From: Callorhinchus milii
Taxonomy: Eukaryota
Direction of reading: 5' to 3'
Assembly (NCBI RefSeq): GCF_018977255.1
Contig: NW_024704743.1
Span: 112,532,001-112,596,000 of the forward strand
Length of the DNA: 64,000 nt
Position numbers and translations under genes: made by a program
Part shown: in pieces, positions 10,971 to 24,164 of the stretch
Layout: every line of letters begins with the position of its first letter
Numbering within the stretch: the stretch's first letter is position 1
Notes under the pieces: generated by a model
What the model was told of the DNA's origin: nothing
Databases searched by the model: none
What the model saw: only the letters and a program-made list of their open reading frames with translations

Positions 10971-12677
10971 CAATTTGTTGGTAATAATTAGGGCCTATGT
11001 GTTCCTTAATCCTTTGTTGGTGCTAGATCCAGTTCTCCATCTAAAATAATAATATAATAATCCTTGCAATTTGGTATAGTGCCTTATCACGTTGTCAAGA
11101 CATCTCAAAAAACTTCATTGTTTATTTATATTGTAAAGCGGTGTTACTGTTGTATTTTGTGTGCAAAAATTCTCCCACAATGGAATAATTTAATTCCCAG
11201 ATTAATTATAACAAACTGATTTTTCCATTGGTCATGTCAGCTAATAAACTATTAGTTAACACTAATCAATAGGTATGCTGCTATTTTAATTTAGAAACAG
11301 ACCATTTGGGGAAATTGATTGCCAGGCACAGAATATCTTCTTTCAGATGAATAACATATTGCAGTTGTAACAATGGCATATTTTCTGGATTCCACCCCAA
11401 ATGATTAAACAGTGAGCCAAAATGTAAACAATACTTTTTCAAGCCAATTCAAATACTCTGTGCCAGATATCCAGTTCATACTGCACTTTTTACAACAAAA
11501 AAGAACTCTCTTTTTTGAAGGGCTTATAATGTCAAAACATCTCAAAGCACTTCAGAGTCTTTTCTTTCATGTGTTGTAACTGTTTTTGTAGGTGAATGTA
11601 GCAGCAATCTTGTCACAAATTATGAACCATCAATTTATCCGGAGGATTGCGGCGAGGATAACAGTCAAGCTTCTCACTCCATATCACTTTACAATACAAT
11701 ACAATTTACCTTGTGCCTTTCATGTTGGGAGCACATCACTAATTTACTTCATCTCAATTTCTTACTATTCCTCAGAAATGTCGCAATTACTTTCTCTAGT
11801 TGAACAAAATTGGAGCCCGAAGAAGCTACATGCCTTATAGCAGGAGACCATATAACAGTATAGGAGGAAAGTTCATTAAAATTGTGCTCTCCATGATGAA
11901 GATAATAAACGGTTTGTCTGTATCCTAAATCTAACTCCCTAAGATATACTGAGTATAGAAATATATTCTGCTAATCAGTTTGAGGAATACTGTGCAGGAG
12001 AACAAAACTTTGTTTTTGACTTTATTATAAATTTAGTGCGCCCACCTTTTTATCCCATTTTCTCCATACTGGCATTTGTCTCTCTGTTCCTGGTCTGACC
12101 ACCTCTTGCCAGAGTACCATCCCATAGGAACCTACTGTCCTCCAGTACACCACCCAAGTGGTCATTATTCATTTGTGAGTTAATGCACCTCTGAACCTCT
12201 GGAGCTCCCTTCCTCTATCCCTCCCATTCTATTTCTGTCTTTAAAGACCAGCTTAAATTCTACTTCTTCACCGCCACTGTGAAGCACTCCAAGATGTTAT
12301 CCTACCTCAGGCAAGGTACATAAATCCAGGTTGTTGTTGTCATTGTTGCTGTTATTCACTTCATTGCGGTTTGAGGGACATTGCTGTGATCAAGTGACTG
12401 CCGAGTTCGCTTACAAAAGATTTGCTATACTTTACGAAAACTTTGTGAAACACTTAGAGATGTTGGTGACATTATACAACAACAAGATTACATTTGTGTA
12501 GCGCCTTTCACGTCGGGAGGACATCCCAAGGCATTATAGGCGCTACATCAAATGCAAGGATTATTAGTATTATATTCTCAATTAGGAAATGGGTTGAGCT
12601 TGCAAATCTAATTTTACAAAGAGTCTTTGTGGGCAACAGAATGAAAATTCTTTTAGTTCATCAGTCTGGGTGACGTT

Positions 12678-13555
12678 AGAACATAAGAACATAAGGATTA
12701 GGAGCAGGAGTAGGCCATTCGGCCCCTCTAGCCTGCCCCGCCATTCAATAAGATCATGGCTGATCTATTCTAACTTCACCTACCCGCCTTATCCCCATAT
12801 CCCTTAATCCCTTTATCCACAAGAAATCTATCAATCTCAGTCTTGAATATGTTCAAGGACTGAGCATCTACAGCCCTTTGGGGTAGAGAATTCCATAAAT
12901 TCACTACCCTCTGAGTGAAGAAGTTTTTCCTCAACTCATTGCGAAAGGGATTACCCCGAATTTTAAGACTGTGACCCCTGGTTATAGTTTCTCCAACCAG
13001 GGGAAAAAGTCTCCCACTATCTATTCTGTCGTGCCCCTTAATAATCTTATAGGTTTCTATAAGATCACCTCTCTTTCTTCTATATTCTAGAGAATATAGG
13101 CCTAAATTGCTCACTAGTCACATCCCGCCAATCTGAGAAGGACCCGTTTATCCCTACTTTGTTTTCTTCCCGTTAGCCATTCTTCAATCCATGCTAATAT
13201 ATTCCCCTTAATTCCATGGGTCCTAATCTTGTGGATCAACCTTTTATGTGGCACCTTATCGAATGCCTTTTGGAAATCTAAATACACTACATCCACTGAT
13301 TCCCCCCTATCTAATCTACTTGATATGTCCTCACAAAAATCTCAAAGATTTGTTAAGCATGACTTCACTTTTGTAAAGCCGTGTTGACTCTGTCTAATCA
13401 TATTGTGATCCTCTAAGTATCCCACTACGACATCCTTAATTAAGGAATCTAGAATTTTCCCTACCACCGATGTCAGACTAACTGGTCTATAGTTCCCCAT
13501 TTTTTCTCTCCCACCCTTCTTAAATAGTGGTGTGACCTTTGCAATCTTCCAATCA
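12678..13555 (-). mobile_element. CR1 LINE ORF2 fragment with internal deletion
   Basis: ORFs 13342..13620 (DWKIAKVTPLFKKG..NYRPVSLTSVVGK..QHGF), 13114..13296 (DVVYLDFQKAFDKVPH) and 12776..13114 (LGLYSLEYRRKRGDLIETYK...FFTQRVVNLWNSLP). (TTCTTATG)n tail. Confidence 0.93.
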
Positions 13556-14284
13556 AAGTTGAATCTAAGTTGCAGGATTATATATTTACCCATTCCTCTG
13601 AAATACATTGTGAATTTCAATTCATTTCAATTAACTGTTCCCATTTAATACAACAACTTTTCTTTCATTCCTCTAAGGAATAGAATACCGATAATACATT
13701 TCTCTAGTTACTGGCTTTATTCTGTAACCTGAAATTAACTCTGGTGATAAGTATGGAACATTTTTGAAACAGACTGTATAAATGTCCAGGAATGGTCAAA
13801 ATATCAAGACCTCCAATGGCTCTGAGATAAATAGAGTGAAAGTGAAAACAAAGTACAATGCTGTTTAATATCTCTGTTCAAGCAATATACTGGAAAAGTC
13901 ATGCCAGAGACAAGGCTGCTTTTTAACTGAGTCCAGTATCCTCAGCTCAACCACCCTTTCTGGCAATAGGGTCATGGGTGTGGTTTCTACATCTGAGGCC
14001 ATCTGGAAAAAAAATTCCACAACTCAAACTTTCATAAATTAATTTCTAAGCAAGACTGTCAATTTAATGCCTAATTACACTGTGTACCACTAGCTTCAGG
14101 ATTTAGACAAATCGATTTAACTTAGGATCCTGGCAGCTAGCATAGAAAACTTTTATTTCCAGAGGATCTGTTTTGAAGATTCATTGAAGAGATAAAAGAA
14201 CAGAATAAAAATCTACTGCACCAGCACTGCCCAATTTCATATGTAATGAAATGAGCAACAGCTAGACAAGTCAGCTCTACAGTC

Positions 14285-15385
14285 TTGAGGGAAAATATCT
14301 CAGAATTTATAGAGGTCCACAGAATTTTAAATGAGATTGAAACAGTAAACCCGACACAACACTTTAGGATGCACCAAGACAGTAGAACAAGAGGAAATAG
14401 GTTTAGAGCTACAAAGGATATTGAAGTTTTTCTGCCTGAAAGGATGGTTCAAGCCAGGACACGGGACCCATTTAAGAAGCAGCTTGATGTTGTGATTGGG
14501 TCTCAAAGCCAGTCAGGAACCTTGGTGTTCTGTTCAACCCTGAGCTGTCCTTTCTTCCCCGCATCCACGCCACAGCTGGCACTGCCTTCCACCACCTCCG
14601 GAAGATCGCCAGACTACGGCACTACCTCACCCCTCACGCTGCTGAAACACTGGTCCACGCCCTTATCACTACGGGAACTCTCTCCTCGTTGGCCTTCCCG
14701 GCACTCCCTCCACAAGCTGCAGGTCATTCAGAACTCTTGTGCATCTCGTGTACTGTCCCGCACCAGGCTACACGACCACATCACTCCCACCCTCGCTAAC
14801 CTCCACTGGCTCCCCATCCCCCAGAGGATCGAATTCAAGATCCTCATCCTCACCTACAAGGCCATTCACGGCCTTGCACCCTCCTACCTCTCCGACCTAC
14901 TATCCCCCACGTACCTGCCCGTACCCTCCGTTCCTCTGGCTCCGGTCTGCTCCACATCCCCCGCCCTAACCGCCTACCATCGGTGACCGGGCTTTCAGCC
15001 TCTCAGCCCCTAGGCTCTGGAACTCCATCCCCCAGTGCCTTCCCCTTGCCTCCTCCCTTTCCTCCTTGAAGGCCGGTCTCAAGACCTTTCTCTTTGACCA
15101 TGCCTTCAGCTCCCCTCTCGACTCTCTACCCCTCCTCGCTCCCTCCCTTCCCTCCCCTCCTCGCTCCCTCCCTTCCCTCCCCTCACCCTGACCATTTCCC
15201 CCCTGCTCGGGTCCCGACCCAACTGTCCAGCGCCTTGGGACGTCCTCCCGACGCGAAAGGCGCTCTATAAATGCAATCTTGTTGTTGTTGTTGTTGTTGG
15301 GGCGTGGTAGGGCGGGTGTTTTGGAAGGATTAGATCAGAGAAGTCAAAGAGCCTTCTTCACATGAATCAATCTTATGATCTTGTG
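14285..15385 (+). mobile_element. Old CR1 3' fragment interrupted by L2 at 14501-15298
   Basis: FIEVHRILNEIETVNP..SRTRG and FKKQLD remnants. The 3' UTR resumes after the L2 tail and ends tcttatgatcttgtga. Confidence 0.65.
14501..15298 (+). mobile_element. L2 LINE 3' fragment
   Basis: KLQVIQNSCASRVLSRT..HITPTLANLHWLPIPQRIEFKILILTYKAIHGLAPSYLSDLL is L2 ORF2 C-terminus. (GTT)n tail. Confidence 0.92.
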
Positions 15386-15689
15386 AAATTCACTATATTA
15401 TTTTATTATTCAGTTAGAATACTAGGTACATTTTTAGAAGACCGTGGACTAAATTCAAGGTGTAAAAGTGCAGTACTGCAGCTGTCGCAAATTCCTGAAG
15501 AAGTAAAATAGGGCAGTAGCATTTGAGCGCAAATTAAATAAAGACTCTGATTAAGTTATAGGGATTTATACATCCAATAATTTAATCCAAATATTTGACC
15601 AAATATGAATAAATAAATCTTGACAGTAGAACAAGAGGAAATAGGTAGCCTTCTCACATCAAAATGTTTTTGCGTAAAGTATGCTCGTT

Positions 15690-16022
15690 GGAAAACATGG
15701 CTGGTAATGTGCGCACAGCAATGTATCACAAACAGCCATGAAGTGAGTAACCTTTTTTTAATCTGTGTTACAACACAGGGAGAAATTCCCTACTATTTCC
15801 AAAAGTGGTACGTGATCTTTAATGTTCAACTGAACAGGCAGACAGGACTTCGGTTCTAATAGTTCATCCAAAGGCCTTGACCTCTGGCAATGCTGCACTC
15901 CCCACCACTGCACTGGATCATCAACCAAAACTAGGAGTTGAGGTCAAAATCCCAACGAGGGACTTGAGTCCACAATCCTCTGACTCGGAGACAAGAGTGT
16001 TACTAACTGAGGCAGGCTGGCA
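15690..16022 (-). mobile_element. SINE family B (DeuSINE)
   Basis: gatctttaatgttcaactgaacaggcagac ... cacaatcctctgactcggag. Confidence 0.7.
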
Positions 16023-16169
16023 ATGAGCTGAAATTAACAGACTTATCGGGAAATTTGTATTAATTACACTTAGTCCACTGAGCATAACGCCTTGCTCAGA
16101 AGGCCCACATGTGGGTTGAGCTCAAATATGCCAAAAATAACAGAGAACGAGAATCAGGGTAACAATAGA

Positions 16170-16380
16170 TAATTTCACGACAGACGCTAGGAGATATTTC
16201 TTTACTCAGAGGGTAAGGAACAACTAGAACAGATTGCCAGGAGGGTGGTTGGTTGAGACCATGATGCTGGACTCAATTGAAAACAGCCTGATCCTGTGGG
16301 GAAAGACAGTAAAGTGTTTTTTTCTGGAAGGATGAGATCAAATGGGCTGAAGGGCCTTCTTCATCTTGCAACTTTGTAGT
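16170..16380 (+). mobile_element. Degenerate CR1 3' fragment
   Basis: gatatttctttactcagagggtaagg...gattgccagga and atgggctgaagggccttcttc. Confidence 0.6.
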
Positions 16381-16525
16381 GGAATTCAAGCAAATCATGT
16401 TTAGCATCAACAAATATGATAAGACATGTCTTACTTTGGGGGTTATGCTGCTCTGTTTCAAAATACGATACAACAGTTCTTTTGATGTGTGCTTATTTCC
16501 CATTATTTCACATTATAGGACTGCA

Positions 16526-16846
16526 GTGGAGTCCTGTAGCTCAGTCATTAGAGCACTCGCTTTGCAAACGAGAGACCTGGGTTCTATTCCCGGCAGGGTG
16601 AAACCTTCGGCAAGTTTCCTTATTCCACACACTTGATAATATTCCCTAAAAAAAACGATAATAAATTGGTTATTTCAATCCACGACTGTTTGTGGGACAC
16701 TGCTGTGTGCAATTGGCTGCCACATTTTGCCCACAAATATACAGTCAATTCACTTTACAGTGTATTCTGTGAAGCGCTTTGAGACGTCTAGAAGACGTGA
16801 AAAGCGCTATATCAAATGCAAGGATTATTGTTATTATTATTATTAT
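16526..16846 (+). mobile_element. SINE family A
   Basis: Full head-to-tail match to the 1035 copy. Confidence 0.9.
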
Positions 16847-17654
16847 AAGGCTTTACAAATGTAATTTTGTTGTTGTTGCAGAAGCAGACATCAAAAGAAT
16901 AAGTACATACAGTAAATGGAGCAGAATAACCCTCAGAGAGATTTATGTGCATATTTGGCTTCCCTTCACACTCAAGCAAGAAATAACAGTTATCCCAGCT
17001 GGAAAAGTCTTATATGCTTTGCTCGAAATAGTAATATAACCAAAATGAGCATACGGCTGCAGTCAATAAATAATCGGAATGAATCAAAATGTTCAACCTT
17101 TCCTTCAAATACATAAAAATACATTTTTAGAAGCACTTTACACCACAGATAAGAATCTCGCAACAACAGGTGATAGTCTTTACTTGAGCTTTGAACTAAA
17201 TAGTCACCAGATGTACTTCTTCATTTTTCCAGCAGGAAGATTTAACAACAGTCAGCATCAAATACCAGCATCAGCCAGCACATGTCATGCTGACATTCCC
17301 ATAAACAAGAATAGATCAAAATTCCAGTTGATAAATGTTGAAAGAGTTAATAGTGAATAATAGTTAGCGGGGAGTTTTACACCAGTTCAGCTGCATTCAG
17401 ATAGTCCAGAGGAGATACATATGCTCAGCACAGTCATTCAGCAGGTGGAAAGCGAAACAGTCTGTCACAGCCTGGCGTGCAAGAGGTCCACTGACAGAGG
17501 AGTTAGACCTGGCAACCAAAGAAGGGGAAAAGTGTTTCCCAAGATTGGAGCAAAGAGTAATCCACCCCACCCGGGAAACAGCTTTTTAAAGAGCTTTTGG
17601 ACATGTGCCTTTTTATTCAGAATTCCTGCTCTTCTCTATGTTTACTTTATACTG

Positions 17655-18050
17655 CGTCTTGCCTCACCAAAGAGGAAGAGGGTCTTGAGAGACCAGCCTT
17701 CAAGGAGGGAGGAAGGAAGGCAAGGGAGGAAGCAAGGTGAAGGGACTGTGGGATGGAGTTCCAGAGTGCGGGGGCAGAGAGGCTGAAAGCTCGGCCACCG
17801 ATGGTGGGGCGGGTTGGGCGGGAGACATGGAGCAGGCCGGAACCTGCTGAACGGAGGGAGCGAGCAGGTTGGTAGGGACTCAGCAGGTCAGAGAGGTAGA
17901 AGGGGGCCAGGCCATGGATGGCCTTGAAAATGAGGACGAGGACCTTGATTTCGATCCTCTGAGGGATGGGTAGCCAGTGGAATCAGGTGTGGGTGGTAGT
18001 GATGGGGTCACAGAACCTGGTGCAGGAGAGTACACAAGCTGTAGAGTTCA
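17655..18050 (-). mobile_element. L2 LINE 3' fragment
   Basis: Reverse complement of L2 C-terminal sequence (ccactggctacccatccctcagaggatcgaaatcaaggtcctcgtcctc). Confidence 0.82.
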
Positions 18051-19354
18051 CTAACACTAACAAAACACACAGTCACTCCACTATACGGTATATCTGTGAA
18101 GCGCTTTGAGATGAATGATGCAATATCAATTGTAAGGAATATTAAGTATTATTATTAATAATAATAAAGCCCAACATGGGGCTTGAGCCCACAATCTTCT
18201 GACTCAGAGTTGAGCTGCTACAATTGAGCCAGACTTAATAATGAGAAATGCGGTGTGAAGTGGGAACAGACCAAGGAACGTGACAGAAGCAGAAGGTGAG
18301 AGTGAAATTTACTAACATAACCATTCCTGCTTTTATGTGAAATCTCTGAAGAGAATTCAGCAGTACAAGCATTTGTATTACATTATGATGGGAGAAAATG
18401 TGAGATAAACAACATATAAACCTGAAATGAAGGAGGATCTCAACCATGCACCTTCTATCTCAGATTGAGGTAAGGATATGAACTTTTGAGATGACCTCAA
18501 ACCCTTTTCTTCTTTTTGTGGCCTCCTCTAATAACATTAGTCACAACCTATGAGGCAACTTGCTCTGCTATAGATAGAGTAATGCCAAGTTGGCTAATTC
18601 ACTGAACATGAAAATGTATGTTGATTTGGTAACATATCCAACAGTAAACTGGACCCGTTCAAAATCCAGTAATTACTTGCTCAAAGGAAATTAAATTCAC
18701 AGGGGACTTTAAAACAGCCATTTGGCATGTATTTCATAAGTGATAAGACTGCAACCTGAAAAGATAATTTTGCCTTCAGAATTATATTAAACAAGAATTG
18801 ATACCTAAATAGAGTCAACTGCAATAACTTTACCTTATTTCGCCCATAAAATATACAGTCAATTCACTTGACAGTATACTCTGTGAAGAGCTTTGAGATG
18901 TCTCAAAGACTTGATAAGGCGCTATATCAAATCCAAGGATTATTATTGTTATTTACTGTGTCCACAGAAGAACGAAAAATAACTTATCAATACGGAATGT
19001 TCTTTGAAGAGATGTAGGATTCGAACATGGATCACAATCAATTTTATCAGACTTCAGAAGCATCCGTGCATCCTCTTTGGTGGAATTGTGACCAGCCAGC
19101 TATCATACACATCTAGGTTCATTGAATGAAAAATAAAAGCAAGAAGATTTAGACCTACCTGTGTACCATGCTTCACTATCTCCACTATCTCCCTATTTAT
19201 AAGCAATCATGACAGCCATTTTGTGTGCAGCAACATCCCACAATTTTATCTGCAGGATTATTAGTCAAGACACTGGGAGAAACTCCCCTCTCTTTTCAAA
19301 TAGTGCCATAGTTCACCTGCAAAGGCAGACAGTGTATGGTAAAATTATTTTTAA

Positions 19355-19975
19355 AATGAAGTCCTGGCCAAGGATCCGATGTGGGTTGAAACTGACCTTA
19401 AATTGCACACAGGTTTGGTGAGTCTTAGGGAGAGATCGGGTAGAGTTAGGAGGTCTGAACTGCAGGAGAGAAGACGTTGACAGGAGCCAAAACGTATGGC
19501 TTCCATCTTGTCAATCTTCAGCTGCAGGAAGGTTGCTCTCATCCAGGCCTTGATGTCTGTCAGACAAGCTGACAGATCATCAGCGGACTGGGAGTCGCAG
19601 CAGGAAGAAGAGAACTAGATTTGTGTGTCATCTGCATACATGTGGAAGTTGACCCCATGTCTGCAGATGATATCACCGAGAGAGAGCATGTAGACGAGGA
19701 AAAGAAGAGGGCCAAGGATGGAGCCTTGGGGTACCCTGCAGGTGACTGGGCGAGGCCGAAAGGAAAAACCATTGGCCGAGATGAAGTGCTAGCGGTTGGT
19801 TAAATAGGACTCGAACCGTGTGAGTGGGGTCCCACTAAGGTGGATGAGGGAGGAGAGGCTGTGGAGGAGGATGGTGTGGTCGACTGTGTCCAGGAGGATG
19901 AGGAGGCAGAGGGAGCTTTGGTCACAGATAGAGAGGAAATTGTTTGTTACTTTGATGAGTGCTATCTCAGAAACA
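19355..19975 (-). mobile_element. L2 LINE RT fragment
   Basis: Minus strand encodes [14 protein letters not shown] sequence and HMYADDTQ (tgtgtcatctgcatacatg on plus). ORF 19351..19542 MRATFLQLKIDKMEAI. Confidence 0.88.
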
Positions 19976-20298
19976 AGAGTCTACCTCCCCAACCAGGCTG
20001 ACACCTAAAATGTTTCTTGAAACAGTACAAAATTAGTTTAGATCATTCCATAATAACTCATGTGAAAAGACAACTGAAAATTCCCTTACAATAGTACAAT
20101 GACCATAGCCTTAAAATCTGCATGACCAGTACTTCTGAAATATATTGACAAAATTCACGGTTGAACACCTGCTAAACACCCTAAATTTATCAGCAGTTCA
20201 TTAAGTTATTCCCATCCCCATTTTAGACTCCCATGCATTTCAAGGCTTCAGGTCAAGCTCCAAGATCTGTAAAAGCTGTAAAACCAGGAACCAGCTGA

Positions 20299-20650
20299 GG
20301 TCCTGTAGCGTCCTGTTGCTCAATGGTTAGAGCATTCGCAAGCGAGAGACCTGGATTCGATTCCAGCAGGGCGAAATGTTGGGCAAGTTTCCTTACTCCA
20401 CACGCCTGTTTACCTAGCAGTAAGTAGGAACCTGGTTGTTAGTCGATTGACGGATTGCTTTTCAGGGATAATAATCCTTCAGAAAAAATAATAATAATTT
20501 GGTCACTCAATCCACGACTGTTTGCGAAATTGGCTGCCACGATTCTCCCACAAATATAATCAATTCACTTTCTACTGTATTCTGTGAAACGCTTTGAGAT
20601 GTCTAGAAGACATGAAAAGCGCTATATGTCAAATGCAAGGATTATTACTA
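20299..20650 (+). mobile_element. SINE family A, long subtype with duplicated 5' start
   Basis: gtcctgtagc gtcctgttgctcaatgg start, full CORE-like segment, (ATT)n tail. Confidence 0.85.
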
Positions 20651-20751
20651 TACGTCCTAGGCAGCATTTGCATTCAATGTACGTGGAATTTTATGAACCA
20701 CTGCAGTAGATGCAAACAGCATGAGCATGAAATGATACCTATACATTTACT

Positions 20752-21129
20752 ACAACCACAATAACAACTCGCATTTATATAGCGCCCTTCACACTGGGCA
20801 GCGTTTCGGAGTGTTTAATAGTGGCGAATCCTGACGCCGAGCTGGGGGAAGGGAGGACGTGACCGTAAGCATGGTCGAAGAGGAAGGTCTTCAGTCGTGC
20901 TGAAGACCTTTCTTTTCTTTTCGACCGCACCTTTGGCTACCTTCCTCCCCCTCCCCCGGCTCAGTCCCGGGATCCAATACTGTGAAGCGCTCTGAGACGC
21001 CGTCCGGCGTGGAGAGCATTATATAAATAAGTTGTTGTTGTTGTGCTCTAAATAAGCAGAAGATAGAGGCCCAGCGAAGGGATTGGGGGAGAGAGTTCCA
21101 AAGCTTTGGGGAGTAGTGGCTGAAAGCAA
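20752..21129 (-). mobile_element. L2 3' fragment interrupted by an antisense L2 tail (20900-21044, +)
   Basis: The minus-strand L2 end stops at 20899 and resumes at ~21045 (gagttccaaagctttggggagtagtggctgaaag). The inner plus copy ends in (GTT)n. Confidence 0.78.
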
Positions 21130-22383
21130 TTCATTTACAGAATGAATTGGAATTCTTCAAACTTTTACAGTTGAAAAAGGTGAAACTCATGCGATACTTT
21201 TACTTAAATAACATAAATCCTCATTTTTTTAGGCAAGGTTATTTTCTACACCAATGAAAAGAGCCAAAAGCGTGCGGTTCAGTTTGGCTTTTTGAGAAAA
21301 ATAAATGTTTATCCGTACCACCTACACCCACTGCTGTGTGTTATCAATTGCATATAGAATGGAGAGTGAGAATTACCCCTACCTTTCAAGAGAAGAAAAA
21401 GACACACTGTCAGGCAGAAAGAAAAATAATTTTACTATACATACACTGTTGGTGATCCACCAGAATATGAAATATTGGGATACTTGAGAGAAAGGGGAAT
21501 ATGGGAGAAGGGCATAAAGCGGATAAGGAGCTGCCCGCATTGCGTATAAACACCCACTTGGACTAGTTGGACTGAATGACCTGTTTCTCTGCTGCAATAT
21601 TGTAGCAATTCCATATGGGTTCTATGGTCAGGCTCTGCAGTTGAAATAATAAATGCCCTGGTTTTCTATTCCACATAGATTGAAGACTTTTAACCTGGAT
21701 CGTCTTTGATGGACAAGGTTTCTTTCCACTCTTTGTCTCCTAGTTCAACAGTTATATTATATTATAACTTAAGCCATACTGCGAAATAACTACAATATGA
21801 GGTGTGCTGCAGTCTGTGTGCCAATGAGCTAACATTTTGACACAAGGATTACATCAACATGTAATTTCATCAGCTGCAACTGCCAGTGGGTAAGGTGTGC
21901 ATTTGGACAGCTTATGAAATACTGTATTAACATCTGGCAACATTGCACAATCGTTATTGAACCCTGAGAGTCACAACAACAGATTTTCAATCACATTCGT
22001 GTTGAAAGGGTTAAGCCTGCACACATTTATGACTAACTCACTCACAGATGAAAATCATGCCAATAATTGATCTGTTGTCTCTGAGCTACTAAGAACTGAT
22101 TGTTTATTTGGTGATTTACTAGAAAATGCTGAAAATGTATATAGTGTGAATAGGTTACAGGTGGATCAAATCCAACAAGTCTCAAGAGTTTCCTGGTGAA
22201 CTGCCAGTTGTTCCTCACATCTTGCCAAACCTGTTACAATATCATGGTTGAGAGAGAGACGTACTGCCAATACAGAAGCATATGTTCAGCAAGACTGTGG
22301 TGATTCTTTGCGGTCTACCATGTATCTCTTATTCTAAAATAAGTGCAAGTCTAAGTGGATTATTCCTGCACCAATATAGTTAA

Positions 22384-22641
22384 AGCAGGAACCCAGTTGT
22401 TAGTCGATTGCTGTATCGCTTTCTGCAGGGTAATAATCCCTTCAACAAAAAAAAGGATAATAATTTGGTCACTCAATCCATACCTGTTTGTGGGACTCTG
22501 CTGTGCGCAATTGGCTGCTGCGTTTTGTCCACAAAGTATACAGTGAATTCACTGAATAGTATATTCTGTGAAGCACTTTGAGATGTCTCAACAAAGTGAT
22601 AAGGCACTATATCAAATGCAAGGACTATTATTATTATTATT
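22384..22641 (+). mobile_element. SINE family A, 5'-truncated long subtype
   Basis: aggaacccagttgttagtcgattg ... Deu segment ... (ATT)n. Confidence 0.82.
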
Positions 22642-22720
22642 TAGCTTTTGCAAACAATAACAAGGTTATCCTCCTTGTTGAGTGGGGTGGGGGGGAGGGA
22701 GATTGTGAGGGGAGGCTACT

Positions 22721-22909
22721 GGGTTCTTCATGTAGCTGAGCTGGATCTGCACTTGGTGACCTACTTGGCAACGGAATGTCCCAGAGTCAAGTCAATCTGC
22801 TCTGGTGGTCTCTGTGATTCCTGAATCAGGTGGGTCTGCAATACTCCAGGCCAGTACTACTGGACCAGTCAGCCTGGCTCAGCAGTTGGACTTGAAGGGA
22901 CAAATCAGT
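22721..22909. repeat. Unclassified dispersed repeat, copy 2
   Basis: Reverse complement aligns with 130-305. Confidence 0.7.
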
Positions 22910-24164
22910 CACTGAGAGCAGGGGTGTTTCCCACACAGCTCCTCTTAACCATGCAAACCAAAGCGCTAATGGGCAGGGTGGTTCATGCTAAATGGCAAAC
23001 TGTGCAATTTATTTGGCTGAACTCCAGCAGTCACTTTCTCTTCTCACCCCTGTCAAACACCCAGCTGATCAAAAAGTAAACAAAGGTACTGTATTAACAG
23101 AGCTGTGATGGAAGATACCTCAGGATCCAGTCCTCACTCTTCTTAAATCAGTTACAGTACATATAAAAATGATCTTTATGGTTATAAAAGATTTCAATCA
23201 ATTAAAAGTGTGTATTATATTCCAAGGCTCCACCTATATCAATCTAAAAGGCTTCGAGCCTACATGAAGCTGGGACTGTATAATACTCTATAGTTCTCCT
23301 CGCCAGATGTCTTACCCTCTTCACTTTCTGATTTGTGGGACACTGTTGTGAGCAAATTGACCACTACATTTGCTTATAAAGTACACAGTCACTAGACTTT
23401 ACAGTAAGTTCTGTAAAGGGCTTTGACATGTCCTCCACCATGAAAGGCGCTATATCAAATGTAAGAATTATTATTATTTATTGAACGGGTTGTACGTGCG
23501 TTAGAGTTCTCGCTGAAGGTTGTGCTTGCTGAGCCAGAAACATATGTCATGACGTGTAAGCATTCAGTGAGCATTTCTGAGAACCCCTCTGGGGAGCATG
23601 TACTCGTATATATTCTAAACTAAATAAACATAGGAGAGTCAGATGGTCAAAGTGTACTTCACTCACATTAAACTGAAAGCATTCCTTTTAGTTGTTGCAT
23701 GTACACCTCTCAGTAGTTGACAAAATAAACAGCTAACACATTGTACAGTGTAAACAATTGTATAAGACCCAGCAAGTTGCCTAGCCCTCCCACTCACTAC
23801 TGAAAAATAAAAGTAAATATCAGGGAAAGCAGATAAATACTGGAAATTGGTGCCACATATTGGTGCTACATCATTTGTCGTTCAACAACACATAATAATT
23901 CTGTTTTTTTTTTCGTTGGGATAAGATAATGCAGTTATTTTTGGAATTAGAAACAATTTTATCTCTGGAGTTTGCAATAAATTTGGTTGACGCATACTGT
24001 GTGTTCCAGGTTCCTGCAAGAATACCGTATGGGTGATTTGCTAGTGATAATCAAGATGATTAGCAAAATACAAGCTTTCAATCATTCAAAAAGCAAATGT
24101 TTTTTGAATGATTTAAAAGGAAGTGCTCAAAGGAATTGTGTAACGTATAATGACGCAAAATCTA

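Noticed and set aside
14285..14986. 233-aa ORF as a novel fusion protein
   Set aside because: It is a chance open frame across a decayed CR1 fragment and an inserted L2.
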